From Cyanidioschyzon merolae (lineage: Eukaryota), in NCBI GenBank assembly GCA_000091205.1, contig AP006494.2: 64,000 bases of DNA; one strand, written 5' to 3'. Below, in pieces: positions 12,081 through 23,783 of this stretch (positions within the stretch are counted from its first letter, which is position 1; the number at the start of each line of letters is the position of its first letter). Both the position numbers and the translations under genes were made by a program. The notes below the pieces were generated by a model that ran no database searches, was not told the DNA's origin, and saw only the letters and a program-made list of their open reading frames with translations.

Positions 12081-13653
12081 GCCCCACTGGTACCACATTC
12101 TAGAGGAAGCGCCCGTGAACCGATCTATCGAGCATTGACTCACCTACGAGCCTGCGATCGAGGCTTCGAACGGTACGACACTCGAGGGCGAACCATTCGA
12201 CTTTGGTCTGGTTCTATACTCGACGTTCGTTGTTGTAGAAACGGGCGGCGAACGCTCCTTCGCACCCAGAGCCCTTCTGAATGGTGCGTATCATGTACGA
12301 GATTTCGGATTTATGCGTCCATCTGCAAACATCTGCATCTTCTGTGCTACTCAGATAGAATCGACATCCAAGCGACACGCTTGTACCCCATGATAGGTGC
12401 AGTTCTCGAGCTAGCGACTGTTTCCAAAAATGAGTTCCGCTCCTCTGCCCAGCTTCTCGAGCTGTTGCCTCGTCCGTAAAACGCAGAATGAGTCAATGTT
12501 GCGTGTCCCCGAACGCATGTCACAATCGGCGTACGTCTGCGGAAACCAAGCACCCATGCAAGTCGGCAAGTTCCAAATATCGCTGCCGCCGCTGCGCGCA
12601 CCCGTTCGGGTGAGACTCGAAAAGCACGGAAACTCGTGTGCGGCTGAGAGGTTCGTTCCCTCGGTCAGCAGCGTCGTTTCTCCGCTGTGATGAGCGACGA
12701 AGCCGTCCCCCGATGAAGCGCTCTCAGAGAACCGCATGCCGCATATAGCGCCACATAGACGCGAAACCCACGGGAACGCCCCACGCTGGGCCCTGCGCAG
12801 TCGGCACTGTCGCGTGCGCAGCGCCGTTGCAGGCGCGAACGGAAGACTCGGCACGCACCGGGTCGCGTGAACGTACCGGTCGTGTTGAAGAAAAGTTCGG
12901 TATATGGGTAATAGATTAGCGCTCTGGAACGGAGTGGTGGTCGCTTCCCTGACTGCTGATCAATATCGCACGCCCGCAAGCTCCTTACCTATACTCTTCA
13001 TGCATTCCGCTGTTGAAATAATCGGCCTGTGGGATCAGCGGTGCGTCAAGCATCCAGCGCTGTAGTGAGCACGCACTCGCTATTGCCTGTTCATTCGTGC
13101 GCAGATCGGCAGCTTCGTGTTGCACTTGAAGGCTTCGGCGACTCGATGCGCTGCAACGCTGGATCGGAGGAACGCGTGCATGAATGTCGCTGCAGGAATC
13201 ATGCATACTGGACACTCCGGACATGCGGCAGTGTGTGCACGCGATCTTCCGATGCGCCAGCCAGCTACTGATCGCGCCTATAGCACGCGGACACGTATGC
13301 GCTAGCGTTCCGTGCAGAGCCATCCGTCCAGGCGCGCACGATCGCTATGCACCAATGAATGAGCGCTTTCTAACATTTCCGCACGCTCTGAACGTTTTTG
13401 TACAAGCGTTGGCGCGGGGACGGCTTATGCACTCGTTGAAGACCGGTCGCAATAGCACTGCGTTTCAAGAGGCGTGTCCACGGCCTGCGCAGCGAGAAGC
13501 TGCAGTTTGTTTGGTCAACAACTAGCACTCGCAGCGTGAGCCATTCAACGTGTACTGGCACCGAGCGAAAACGTCCACAACGATTGCAAAAGCTGCGTTA
13601 TATTTCACCCCTTGTCGAATGAGCGCAGTGTCGCAGTTTACGCTCCGTTTTCT

Positions 13654-14946
13654 ATGAGTGACACAATCCACCGGATAAAACACTTTTCTCGTGGCAGCCG
13701 TCGATGTTGCGTCGTGCTCCAGGATAAGAACGGGCCGTGTCCGCTGGTAGCACTGACGAACACCCTCCTTTTACGGGGAAGCCTGGCCCCTTTTCCTGCG
13801 GACATGGAGTACGTTTCGAGCGACTGGCTCTGCAACGTTCTCGCTGAATACCTTTTCGAAAAGCAAATACCGGCTTTGAGCGCGAACGCTGACCGGGTCG
13901 CTGACCTTGAATATGGCGTTGCGGACGTTGTCCAGCTTCTCCCGGTGCTTCAGCACGGCATGGATGTGAATGTCGGGTTCAGGGACTGCACGGATTACGA
14001 GCTAACTGCAGAGACGACCCTTTTTGACGTTTTTGGGGTCCTTCTGCTTCACGGATGGCTCGCTGACCCCTCGGACCAAGACGCCTACGAAGCGGTGTCA
14101 AGACGGCGCTATAACGCAGCGCTGGAAGTGCTCTTGCAGCACCCGACAGACGCGTTATCGCAGATGTGCTCGGAATCGGAGCCGGGAGCATCGGCAAACC
14201 TGGATGTGCTTCGCTCGTCGCCAGAAATTGCTTCGGCGCAAGTGCGAACCGAGATCTTCGCGAAAACTGCTCGCGCCGCAATATCCACAGATCGTGCCGC
14301 GGGAACACGTTCAACGGTCGAGAGCAATCCCTCTTGCCAGACGAGGCGCACTGCCGCAACGATGTCTCCAACTAAGGAGGCTCAAGAAGCTGAAGAATCC
14401 GAACGAGGAGCGGAAGCAGCTCATATACGCCGCTTCATAGAGAACTCGCCGACGCAGCTTACGTATCGGGGGTTGATTCGCCTGCATGAAATTCTGCGCG
14501 AGGGCGAGTATGCAGTGTTCTTCCGAAACAATCACTTTTCCACCATAACGAAGCACGACGGTGTCCTCTACGTGCTCGTGACCGACGAGGGCCTGGCCAT
14601 GACTCGAGGGGTGTTTTGGGAACGATTCGATGACCTGGATGGGGATACGGTGTTTGTCGATGAGAACTGGGAGCCGGCGAATGCAGCACGATGCATGCCA
14701 GACGCTCTCGAAAGCGCCTCAGCAGCGAACCGCTCTGCAGCGCATCGGACTCAGACCGGCCCTGTCGCAGGCGAGCGGTATGCAAAAGACCCAGCGATGC
14801 GTGCTTTTTCGCCGCCACGCCAGAAACCGGACGCCTCAGCGGGAACTTGGACGCCAAAAGCGCTAAAACCAACCTCACAGAAAAAGACAGCAGCTACAAC
14901 GTGTGCGGGTCAGTCGCCAAGGCACTCTCGGTGCAGCGTGCAATGA
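13654..14946 (+). CDS. MINDY-family (FAM63/DUF544) deubiquitinase
   Basis: The ORF-track start at 13612 is TTG; the first ATG is at 13654. Catalytic-Cys context QDKNGPCPLVALTNTLLL. Also present: GMDVNVGF, LLHGWLADP, PTQLTYRGLIRLHEILREGEYAVFFRNNHFSTITKHDGVLYVLVTDEG, VFWERFDDLDGDTVFVDENW. These are collinear with human MINDY1/2. Confidence 0.8.
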   Translation: MSDTIHRIKHFSRGSRRCCVVLQDKNGPCPLVALTNTLLLRGSLAPFPADMEYVSSDWLCNVLAEYLFEKQIPALSANADRVADLEYGVADVVQLLPVLQHGMDVNVGFRDCTDYELTAETTLFDVFGVLLLHGWLADPSDQDAYEAVSRRRYNAALEVLLQHPTDALSQMCSESEPGASANLDVLRSSPEIASAQVRTEIFAKTARAAISTDRAAGTRSTVESNPSCQTRRTAATMSPTKEAQEAEESERGAEAAHIRRFIENSPTQLTYRGLIRLHEILREGEYAVFFRNNHFSTITKHDGVLYVLVTDEGLAMTRGVFWERFDDLDGDTVFVDENWEPANAARCMPDALESASAANRSAAHRTQTGPVAGERYAKDPAMRAFSPPRQKPDASAGTWTPKALKPTSQKKTAATTCAGQSPRHSRCSVQ

Positions 14947-15482
14947 TTGTGCTGCAGAAAGGAGGGCATGCATACAAGTTTATGCTTTGCGCTGAGTCGA
15001 TGCAAGGTTGCTGGTTAGGCGCGTCGTGCCAGCATCCAGATACATTTGTTATCGAGAGCAGATGCTCTGGCGCAAGCCATGCACTGAAACGAAATCGTTG
15101 CCAAACCGTGATCTCCCGTGTGCGTCACCTGTTGTGGTGACACCGTCGGAAATGAGTGCAATCGCGTGAAACTCGTTTCTCTTTCAAGAACGGAATCGCG
15201 TGCCGTTTACGCAGCGCCCACGCGCCTCGCATGCAGCAGTTTCGTCGTCTCCAAAGCGATGGTGAGTCATGCATCACGCTTCACGCGGAATGCAACACAG
15301 CCTGAGCATAACTTGTACCCCGCTGTGGTGTGTCGTGCGCGAAACTGCCTTCACTCACTGACGTCGCGACGAGCAGTCCGTGGTGTGCGTACACGGATCA
15401 TGAGCAAGCCCCAGCTCAGAGTAAAATGGAACAGGTCCACTGAGCTAACTCGTGTATAGACGCTCAAGTTTGTGTCTATTTT

Positions 15483-16112
15483 CACTGCCATGAACACCAG
15501 CATCTGGAAACTATGTCCGCGACTGCTTCCTGTTCCTGTATTGCGCATCACCGGCTTTGACGACGCCGGTCGCGCCAGTCCGCCCGCCTCTATTCTCAAC
15601 AGTCGAAGGATGCTGAAAACAGCGTCCGCGTTCCGATTTCGCCGTTCACCGCTGCTTCCGGCACATCGCATACACACACAAATACGGAGATCTACGCTAG
15701 CCGTGTCATTTCCATCTTGGTTGCATACAGCCTCGGTACGCGCTTCACAGCGCCGACACCGCGCTGTGGTTACCTGCACTCATTCGTTCTCTGCACGTCG
15801 ACCTGCGTCGAAGACCACCCTGTGGCGCGTGAACGCTCGCTTCATCGCTCGGCACACGCCGCTCACGAGTGTAGAACGCTCAGCTCGATACACACCTCGA
15901 TAGCAGCGCCCAGAGCTGCACACACTACAAGTACAGGCCTCCTCTGGGCGATCTGCTACGTGCGTACTCTATCCGCTACAGGTGCAAGCGCACGGTGTTC
16001 GATTCGATAGACAATTCGTGTACTGCGATATTGTCCATGATCAAAGAGGTGATCGGAAATCCAGTCCAGACTGGAGAACAAGTCGACACGTTTCGATCGG
16101 TCTATAGTCCTT
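15483..16112. repeat. dispersed repeat family A, copy 1 (about 630 bp)
   Basis: About 98.6% identical to 27456..28085 in the same orientation (offset 11,973 bp). Identity starts at cactgccatgaacaccagcatctgg and ends at gatcggtctatagtcctt. No TIRs or TSDs seen. No recognisable coding content. Confidence 0.85.
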
Positions 16113-16254
16113 CTGTGGATCACGGTGACGGACGTTTCACTGGAATGAGTCGCAAGGATGGCTCACGTCCGAGCCCAGGGCCCTTTTTCCGCGCAAACGC
16201 ACGCGACGGGATCCTCGAGGGGGCAGCGTATCCCCCGGGAGCTACGAAGCTGCC

Positions 16255-16275
16255 GCTGCTGCTGCTGCTGCTGCT
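16255..16275. repeat. (GCT)7 trinucleotide microsatellite
   Basis: Direct read: gctgctgctgctgctgctgct. Confidence 0.85.
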
Positions 16276-16960
16276 TCCGCTTGCCGTTTCGTTGATGGTC
16301 ACATCAATCGGAGGATATGTCATTCGAGTGGACTCGATAATTTGGCGAGACGAGCATAGAGACCGTTCAGCATGAGCTTGTGAACGAGGCGCCAACGGAC
16401 GACGTCGATTTTTTGTTTCTGTCGTCCATCCAGCGGAACGATTTGCTGCACCCACAAGTTGCCTTGAAACCGAAATATCGAGAACCTGAAAAATGCGCCA
16501 TTTCAGCATGCCACATGCCAGCAAAGGGCGAAGCGTCTGTACTGGTACGTATGCATTTGATAATGATATCGTTTAGGTTACGAAGCGCTGTTCGAGTGCG
16601 TTGCGAAATCATCTCGATTCTGATGAAGTCGGGAATTCCAGTGGCAGAGACAAAACACAGTCATTTCGACGAGACGACCGAGACTCCTTCTAACACCTAT
16701 GAATCTATACGCCCTTAGCATTGCGTGTTGAATGCCGATGCCGAATGCCTCCAAAAAAAACACAGGTTCGGAAAAAGCGAAATCCAGAAAGAGCCTAACC
16801 ATTGCACTCTCCCATATCATCTGATGCTGGTGAAGACGCACTGGTGCGACGCCCAGCGCTCCCGCTCATCTCCATGACCGGTCATCCGCTGTGAAGTCAA
16901 TCTCGAATGCGGGTCCATTGCTGTCACCATATCCATTGTTTACAAACGATTATCAGAACC

Positions 16961-19900
16961 TTAAGACGAGATCGGTTCTTTGACATCTCGACTCGCGGCC
17001 GGTGCAACGCGACGCAGTTTATTGGCAGCACGTTCCATGCCTCGACGGATTTGCTCCGAGATCTCCTTGTACTTGGGATGGTACTCTTGGAGGGATTTCA
17101 CTTCCAGCGTCTGACTCTGCATGGTGCGAATTGCCGCAGCTGCCGCTCGTGCCGCTGCGATGGTTGTGATGATGGGTACCTTGGTCATCAGCGCCGCGCG
17201 ACGAACGTTCCGAGCAGAGTCCGCAGGCACCGACGGCGTGATGATGAACAGATCGATATCGCCGTTCTTGATGGCGTCGAGAACATCGGGACGCCCTTCG
17301 CCGGCCTTGTGAATCATCTCTACTCGAGCGTCATCGATACCAGCAGCGACTAGCGCAGCGTGTGTGCCTCGGGTGGCCAGAACTCGAAAGCCCATATCCA
17401 GCAAGTCGCGAACGAGCGCCGGAGCTGCTGCTTTGTCTGCGTCCTTCAACGATAGCAGCACCGTGCCAGACTTGGGTAGCGGCGTTCCGGCAGCAGCCTG
17501 GGACTTTGCATAAGCCGCTCCAAAAGAGTAGTCGGTGCCCATGACTTCACCAGTCGAGCGCATCTCTGGACTCAGAAGGGTATCGGCGCCAGCAAATTTG
17601 TCGAATGGTAGCACGCTCTCTTTCACAGATATCGCTCGCGGGAGAATCTCCGTCGTGTACCCGAGTTCGTCGAGGTTCGCACCCGCCATCAGCATACTGG
17701 CGATCTTGGCAATCGGTACGCCGATCGCTTTGCTCACGAAGGGTACGGTGCGCGAGGCCCGGGGATTCGCCTCCAAAATATAGACGTCGCTGCCCTGGAC
17801 TGCCCACTGGATATTGATCAAACCCACGACCTGGAGGCGACGAGCGAGCGCTGCAGTCCACTGACGAATCTGCACCAGCACCTCATACGGCAGGGACACG
17901 GTGGGTATGCTGCACGCGCTGTCCCCACTGTGGATTCCCGCCTGCTCAATGTGCTCCATGATACCGCCGATAACCACGCGTCCGGTGGAGTCTGCGAGCG
18001 CATCGACATCCACCTCTGTCGCATTAAGGAGGAATTTGTCGATCAGGACAGGATGCTCGGATTCCACGACGACCTCTTCGGCCATGTACCGTTCGAGCTC
18101 ACTTGCGGAATAAACGATCTCCATTCCTCGACCGCCGAGAACATAGGAAGGCCGCACCACAACCGGGTACCCGATTTCCTCAGCAACGCGCTTGGCATCC
18201 TGGTAGCTGCGGGCAATGCCATTCTCTGGCTGGCGAATGCGCAGCTCGCGCAGTATCGCCTGGAACCGATCCCGATCCTCGGCTGCGTCGATCGAGTCCG
18301 GACTGGTGCCCAGAACCCGCGTGTACACACCTGCAGCTTTCGCTTCGTCGCTGTTCAGGTATTCTTGCAGAGGAACAGCGAGCCTCAGTGGAGTCTGCCC
18401 GCCGAACGTAAGAATGATGCCATCCGGCTTCTCCGCTTCAAGGATCGAGATAACATCCTCCAGTGTGAGCGGCTCAAAGTAGAGGCGATCGCTGGTATCG
18501 TAGTCGGTCGATACGGTCTCGGGATTCGAGTTCACCATAATGGTTTCAAAACCTGCATCGCGGAGCGCAAAGCAAGCCTGACAACACACATAATCGAACT
18601 CGATGCCTTGCCCGATGCGATTCGGACCACCTCCGAGGATTATGATTTTCGGCTTGCTCGGGTCCGAGGGTGGAACCTCGGATTCCATCCCAGCAGCGAT
18701 AAAACTTCCATGGAAGCTGGATCCATCGCCTGTGGTGCCGTCGCTGCGCAGATCGAGGACACTGCCCCCGGTGGTACTGCCATCGCCATTGCCCCCGACA
18801 GCGTCATCGTCCCAGGCGTTGCAGGACTCGTACGTTGAGTACAGGTACGGCGTGTAGGCCTCAAACTCTGCACTGCAGGTATCGACCCGTTTGTAGACAG
18901 GGCGGATACCCAGAGATTTGCGATAGCGACGGACCTCAGTCTCTGTAACGCCCAGCTTGCGAAGTGCAAAGGCTATTTGTCGATCACTGAAGCCGTTCCG
19001 CTTCAACGTGAACATGGTGAGCCGATCGATATCTTGAAGCGATTTTTTGCTGCGCAGCGATTCGCCCAAATCAAAGAGTTCCTTCATGTTCTGCAGGAAC
19101 CAGTGATCGTAGCTGGAAAGCGCGTTGATCTCGTCTACGGTCATGCCAGCCTGGAAGGCCTGCCGAACTCGAAAGATGCGATTCGGCCGCGGTATGCGCA
19201 GCGCTGCCTCGAGCTCAGTTCGAGATAGAACCTCTTCGTCTTTGGCGTCAAGGCCCCAGCCGTGTCGCCCAATCTCGAGGGAGCGAAGACCTTTCTGAAA
19301 TGACTCCTTAAAGCTACGCCCGATCGACATGGCTTCCCCAACGGATTTCATCTGCGTTGTCAGGACGTCGCTCGTTCCGGGGAACTTTTCGAACGCAAAG
19401 CGCGGAAATTTGCACACTATATAATCCAGAGCTGGTTCAAAAGCTGCAACGGTGTCTCGCGTTATGTCATTTTTGATTTCCGGTAAAGAGAGGCCAGTTG
19501 CCAACTTTGCAGCGACCTTCGCAATCGGATACCCGGTTGCTTTGGATGCTAGGGCCGAGGAGCGGCTCACTCGAGGATTCATTTCGATCACGATTACATT
19601 CGTGGTACGCGGACAGACCGCAAACTGGATGTTGCTGCCGCCGGTCTCGACACCAATCTCGCGAATGATTGCGATTGACATGTCGCGCAGGCGCTGATAC
19701 TCCTTGTCGGTGAGCGTCATCGTTGGCGCCACCGTGAAGCTATCCCCCGTGTGAATACCCATGGGATCGACGTTCTCAATGCTGCAGATTATAACGACGT
19801 TATCCATCTTATCCCGAACAACTTCAAGCTCGAATTCTTTCCAACCCAAGAGAGACTGTTCGACTAATATCTGCGAGACGGGAGAGGCCTCGAGACCGCC

Positions 19901-20911
19901 AGCGGCAATTTCCTCGAACTCCTCGCGATTGTAGGCGATGCCACCGCCAGTGCCGCCCAGTGTGTACGCTGGTCGGATGATAAGCGGGAAACGACCTATC
20001 TGTGCAGCAACAGCCCTGGCCTCCTCCATGTTGTTTGCGATGCCACTGGGGCAGCACGGTACATCGATCCGTTCCATGGCTTCACGAAATGCTAAGCGAT
20101 CTTCGCCTTTCCGGATCGCCTCCAGATTCGCACCGATTAGACGCACATTGTACTTCTCGAGGATGCCTTTTTTGGCAAGTTGCATCGCCATATTGAGGCC
20201 GGTTTGGCCACCCATGGTTGGGAGAAGCACCTGCGGGCGCTCTCGCTCGATGATCATTTCCAAAGCCTCCACCGTGATCGGCTCGATGTAAGTTCGGTCA
20301 GCGGTTTCCGGATCAGTCATAATCGACGCCGGATTGCTGTTCACGAGCACAACTTCGTATCCAAGAGAACGCAGCGCCTTGCATGCTTGCGTCCCTGAGT
20401 AATCAAACTCGCATGCTTGCCCTATACGGATCGCTCCAGAACCAATGACAAGCACTTTGTCAAAGTCCCGTTCTCTGTCTTTCGGAGGGAGGACGTCCAA
20501 CCACGGCGGTGTTGGAGGTCCGACGTTCATCCAGCGTTTGTGACCATCGACACCCTCCATGCGCAACCCGTATGAACCAGTGGGACCGGCTCGTGAGCGT
20601 TTTTTGAATTGCGGCACCGGTGCAAACGTAGAGGCTCCGAAGAACAAGTTCTCGCCGCTGAAACTTGTAGCGCCCGGTGCTGCGACATAGAGGCGCCTTC
20701 CCCTTTGACCCGTGGGCCTCGCTTTTCTGGAAGCTGACCCGCATCGCCCGTGAGCCGTTGCGGCCCTTCTGTCTATGGATACGACACCGGTTTGGTGTTG
20801 CACAAAGGCCACCGACCGTTGCGAGGGAGACGCCCGCTTTCCATCCGCTTCTCCCGGAACAACGAACAAGAAGCGGTTCTTACGGGCACTGCTGCAGTTG
20901 ATCGTTTGCAT
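16961..20911 (-). CDS. carB: carbamoyl-phosphate synthase large subunit (CarB-type, duplicated ATP-grasp + MGS-like domain) with an N-terminal extension of about 140 aa
   Basis: ATG verified at 20911. The protein is collinear with E. coli CarB over its full length: [95 protein letters not shown], the second half [38 protein letters not shown], and an MGS-like C-terminus. The extension is consistent with organelle targeting. Confidence 0.9.
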   Translation of the reverse strand: MQTINCSSARKNRFLFVVPGEADGKRASPSQRSVAFVQHQTGVVSIDRRAATAHGRCGSASRKARPTGQRGRRLYVAAPGATSFSGENLFFGASTFAPVPQFKKRSRAGPTGSYGLRMEGVDGHKRWMNVGPPTPPWLDVLPPKDRERDFDKVLVIGSGAIRIGQACEFDYSGTQACKALRSLGYEVVLVNSNPASIMTDPETADRTYIEPITVEALEMIIERERPQVLLPTMGGQTGLNMAMQLAKKGILEKYNVRLIGANLEAIRKGEDRLAFREAMERIDVPCCPSGIANNMEEARAVAAQIGRFPLIIRPAYTLGGTGGGIAYNREEFEEIAAGGLEASPVSQILVEQSLLGWKEFELEVVRDKMDNVVIICSIENVDPMGIHTGDSFTVAPTMTLTDKEYQRLRDMSIAIIREIGVETGGSNIQFAVCPRTTNVIVIEMNPRVSRSSALASKATGYPIAKVAAKLATGLSLPEIKNDITRDTVAAFEPALDYIVCKFPRFAFEKFPGTSDVLTTQMKSVGEAMSIGRSFKESFQKGLRSLEIGRHGWGLDAKDEEVLSRTELEAALRIPRPNRIFRVRQAFQAGMTVDEINALSSYDHWFLQNMKELFDLGESLRSKKSLQDIDRLTMFTLKRNGFSDRQIAFALRKLGVTETEVRRYRKSLGIRPVYKRVDTCSAEFEAYTPYLYSTYESCNAWDDDAVGGNGDGSTTGGSVLDLRSDGTTGDGSSFHGSFIAAGMESEVPPSDPSKPKIIILGGGPNRIGQGIEFDYVCCQACFALRDAGFETIMVNSNPETVSTDYDTSDRLYFEPLTLEDVISILEAEKPDGIILTFGGQTPLRLAVPLQEYLNSDEAKAAGVYTRVLGTSPDSIDAAEDRDRFQAILRELRIRQPENGIARSYQDAKRVAEEIGYPVVVRPSYVLGGRGMEIVYSASELERYMAEEVVVESEHPVLIDKFLLNATEVDVDALADSTGRVVIGGIMEHIEQAGIHSGDSACSIPTVSLPYEVLVQIRQWTAALARRLQVVGLINIQWAVQGSDVYILEANPRASRTVPFVSKAIGVPIAKIASMLMAGANLDELGYTTEILPRAISVKESVLPFDKFAGADTLLSPEMRSTGEVMGTDYSFGAAYAKSQAAAGTPLPKSGTVLLSLKDADKAAAPALVRDLLDMGFRVLATRGTHAALVAAGIDDARVEMIHKAGEGRPDVLDAIKNGDIDLFIITPSVPADSARNVRRAALMTKVPIITTIAAARAAAAAIRTMQSQTLEVKSLQEYHPKYKEISEQIRRGMERAANKLRRVAPAASRDVKEPISS

Positions 20912-22299
20912 CAGACCACAGATCGGAAACCAAACTCCTGAAGTACCGCTTCAGTCTGTCAGCGGCGAGTCTGAACGAACTGTTCTCAACAGAAGGTTTT
21001 CCATGACCAACGGTTGGCTGCGCGATGAGGCCACTGGCGTCTACCACAGCAGCGAGTCTCATTTGTCGCAATTGCGCCGTTGTGTTGCGAATGAAGTGCC
21101 GGACGATCTAGGGCGACGGCGGCGTTTCGGCAGCGTCGATACGCCCGTGGATGCCCAGCGCGCGCTCCAATGAGCTTTCGGATCTGCATGCGCTGTTTCT
21201 CGTTTTTCAATTCCATTGCGTTCCACCCGCCGGTGTGTGTTATCAGATGCTCTTTCGCTGTTTATAGCAAACGTGTTCGATGTTCGTTCATGTGAAGACC
21301 TAAAAAATCCAAGGGAAAACGATGGACATGAAAATCGGAGATCCTGGGACCCGGTCACGCCGGCTGCAGGAAAAACACGCAAAAATTCCTACGCTCGCCG
21401 ACTATCGAGCGATGCAACGGAAGAACAAGCAGAACGGAGATATGAGAGAAAAAGAGTTTGCCCGACGAGACGATTTGGAGGCAGTAGTGACAATGTGGGC
21501 ACGAGCTCTAGGAATCCTCGCGTTGGTGAGTGCAACCAGAGGCAATAGACGCATAGAGTTGGAAAGCGAGACCACAACCCCGCCATCAACACCGGACGAC
21601 GCGTGGTGCGGAAGAAAAGACCCGAGGAGCTGACGCGATCGAACCTCGTGGACAGCCTTTCAGGATCGAAGTATATAGGCCGAAACTGAAGCTTATAGCA
21701 GGCAGCCAGTCCGAAAAGTTAGGGAGGCGTCCACGAGAGGATGTACATATTTACCCTCTACGATCGTGAAACGTGATTCGTTTTAATGATCACATCTGTT
21801 GCTTGGGGTCAAGAATCCATTTTTTAGCGAAGACTTGTATCGTGTAAGCTATGCAGGAATACGTTTTCATAGAATTGTATGGAGCACGTTGACGACAACC
21901 GTTGTGCTGACCTGAGAGGGACGGAATTCGCGGAAAATGGCTTGGATTTTTATCCAGGTGTACTTACGATCCCCCGTCTGAGCGGATGGAACGTAGTTGA
22001 ACTGCTCAGCATTTGCGGGCGTACTTGCGCCGAGGGGGAGCTCCAATCCTACGCATCAATTCCATGTTAGACGAGTTGCAATATGCCGGCGGGTGAAGTT
22101 CTGACCCAGGACCATGAAATAAGCAAAGACTTGACAACAAGTGTCCATTCAAGCGATGACCAGGGAAGAGATCCGATTTCCTCCGTGGGCGCCAGTTCGA
22201 TCGAGGTTGTCGGAAACGTGCTTACCTGAACGAGGCCATGCGTCGGCCCCGTAACCAGGGCCAAAGCACGTCGTTTCAAGGCCTGCAGTGGAGAGCGCG

Positions 22300-22575
22300 C
22301 TCCGACCCCCGGTCTTCGGGACCGTCAGTCGTCGAAGCCGCCCCCGTCTTTTTCATGCAATGCTCCTGCATGGCTTTGATAGTGATGCAAGCTTGAAGCT
22401 CAGTGCGACGTCGAATGCCCCGACACGTCTGCTTTGCGCGAACCCCCGGTCTGCGGGAGCGGCAGTCGTCGAAGCCGCCCCCGTCTTTTTCATGCAATGC
22501 TCCTGCATGGCGTTGATAGTGATGCAAGCTTGAAGCTCAGTGCGACGTCGAATGCCCCGACACATCTACTTTGCA
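22300..22575. repeat. tandem duplication, 2 x ~138 bp (~90% identical)
   Basis: cccccggtctKcggg...gtcgtcgaagccgcccccgtctttttcatgcaatgctcctgcatggcKttgatagtgatgcaagcttgaagctcagtgcgacgtcgaatgccccgacac occurs twice head-to-tail. The ORF track shows a duplicated peptide, SRRSRPRLFHAMLLHG[FV]DSDASLKLSATSNAPT. Confidence 0.8.
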
Positions 22576-23783
22576 CGATCGAAAGTGCTGCGCTTCCCCG
22601 CAGCCGCTGCGCAGCGATGCGAAGCGGCACGTTGCATGCCTGGGTGCCGCCCGCGAGCCCCTTTCGGACCCATGGATCATTGGGCAGACTTGGATGCCCC
22701 CACATGCCGGATGCTTTCCGTCAGAACCCCGTACTCATACTGCAAGCGCGCCCGTGAGCCCGAACCTCGTGCAGCAGACGCTGTCGCCCATGTGCACCTA
22801 TTGGTGATGTGTCCGCGACAACAGCTAGGCTCGATGTCACCGCGGATGCAAGCTCGATGCTCGTCCGAATGCATTTCTGTTCCTGTGCGTATAGGGCTGG
22901 ATCACGTTCCGAATACATGGACGGGTGCCACAGACTGGAAAGCGTACTCTATTCAGGGCGATCTGTGCGCTATATTTTGAGTATGACGCACATCAGTCCC
23001 GGAGTCGTATGAAAAGCTCTAATGCGTTCGAAAACAGGCGGAAAAGGCTGATGGAAATCCGCCCGCGGACGCGATGCGCTCGGGCATTCGCCACAGAACA
23101 ATGCTTTCGCAACGGCGCCAACGTTTCACTGAGCACGACTCGAACGCAGAGCGTATATCGTAAAATTTCTTTGTCGCAAGCGCTGGCTTCGAGTAACGGA
23201 CCCTTGTCGACATCGAATACTCAGCTTTACGCTTCACGCTCTGTGCGATAGCAACTGAATGAATGTCCACCATTCGAAAACAAGCATGTCCAAACAGGCG
23301 TTTCCCGCACTCGTACATGAATGTGCAGCAACACAACAATGCAATCAGGTTCATGGAAGATATTCGCATCTACGCAAAAAGAATCATGTCTCGATCTGCA
23401 CCGCTGATCAGGTGCGACGATCGATACAAAGTGCGATCCGAGTACCCGGAATGCGTTCCGCGAGCCGGCGACCTTTGCAGCAATCCGGAAAAGCAACGAT
23501 CCTTGTCGGTCTGATGCTACGATCGATACAGAACGCGATTCGTGTATCAGAATCGCCATCTATGCATATGGCCCTGCGTGCGATCGAAAAACAAAGCAAC
23601 GATCAGCTTACGAGTCGCAGCCGGTATCACCTGAAACTCTGAGGCGCCGCCAGAGCTTGGCCACAGAACGTCGATTGCCCAATGCTGGAGATGCCGTCGA
23701 TGCTCGATCCCCAGAGGGCCGCACGCAACCGCTTTCAGCCAAGTCGTTCGACGAGCTCTGCCACAAGCAATCCGCCTCATGCG

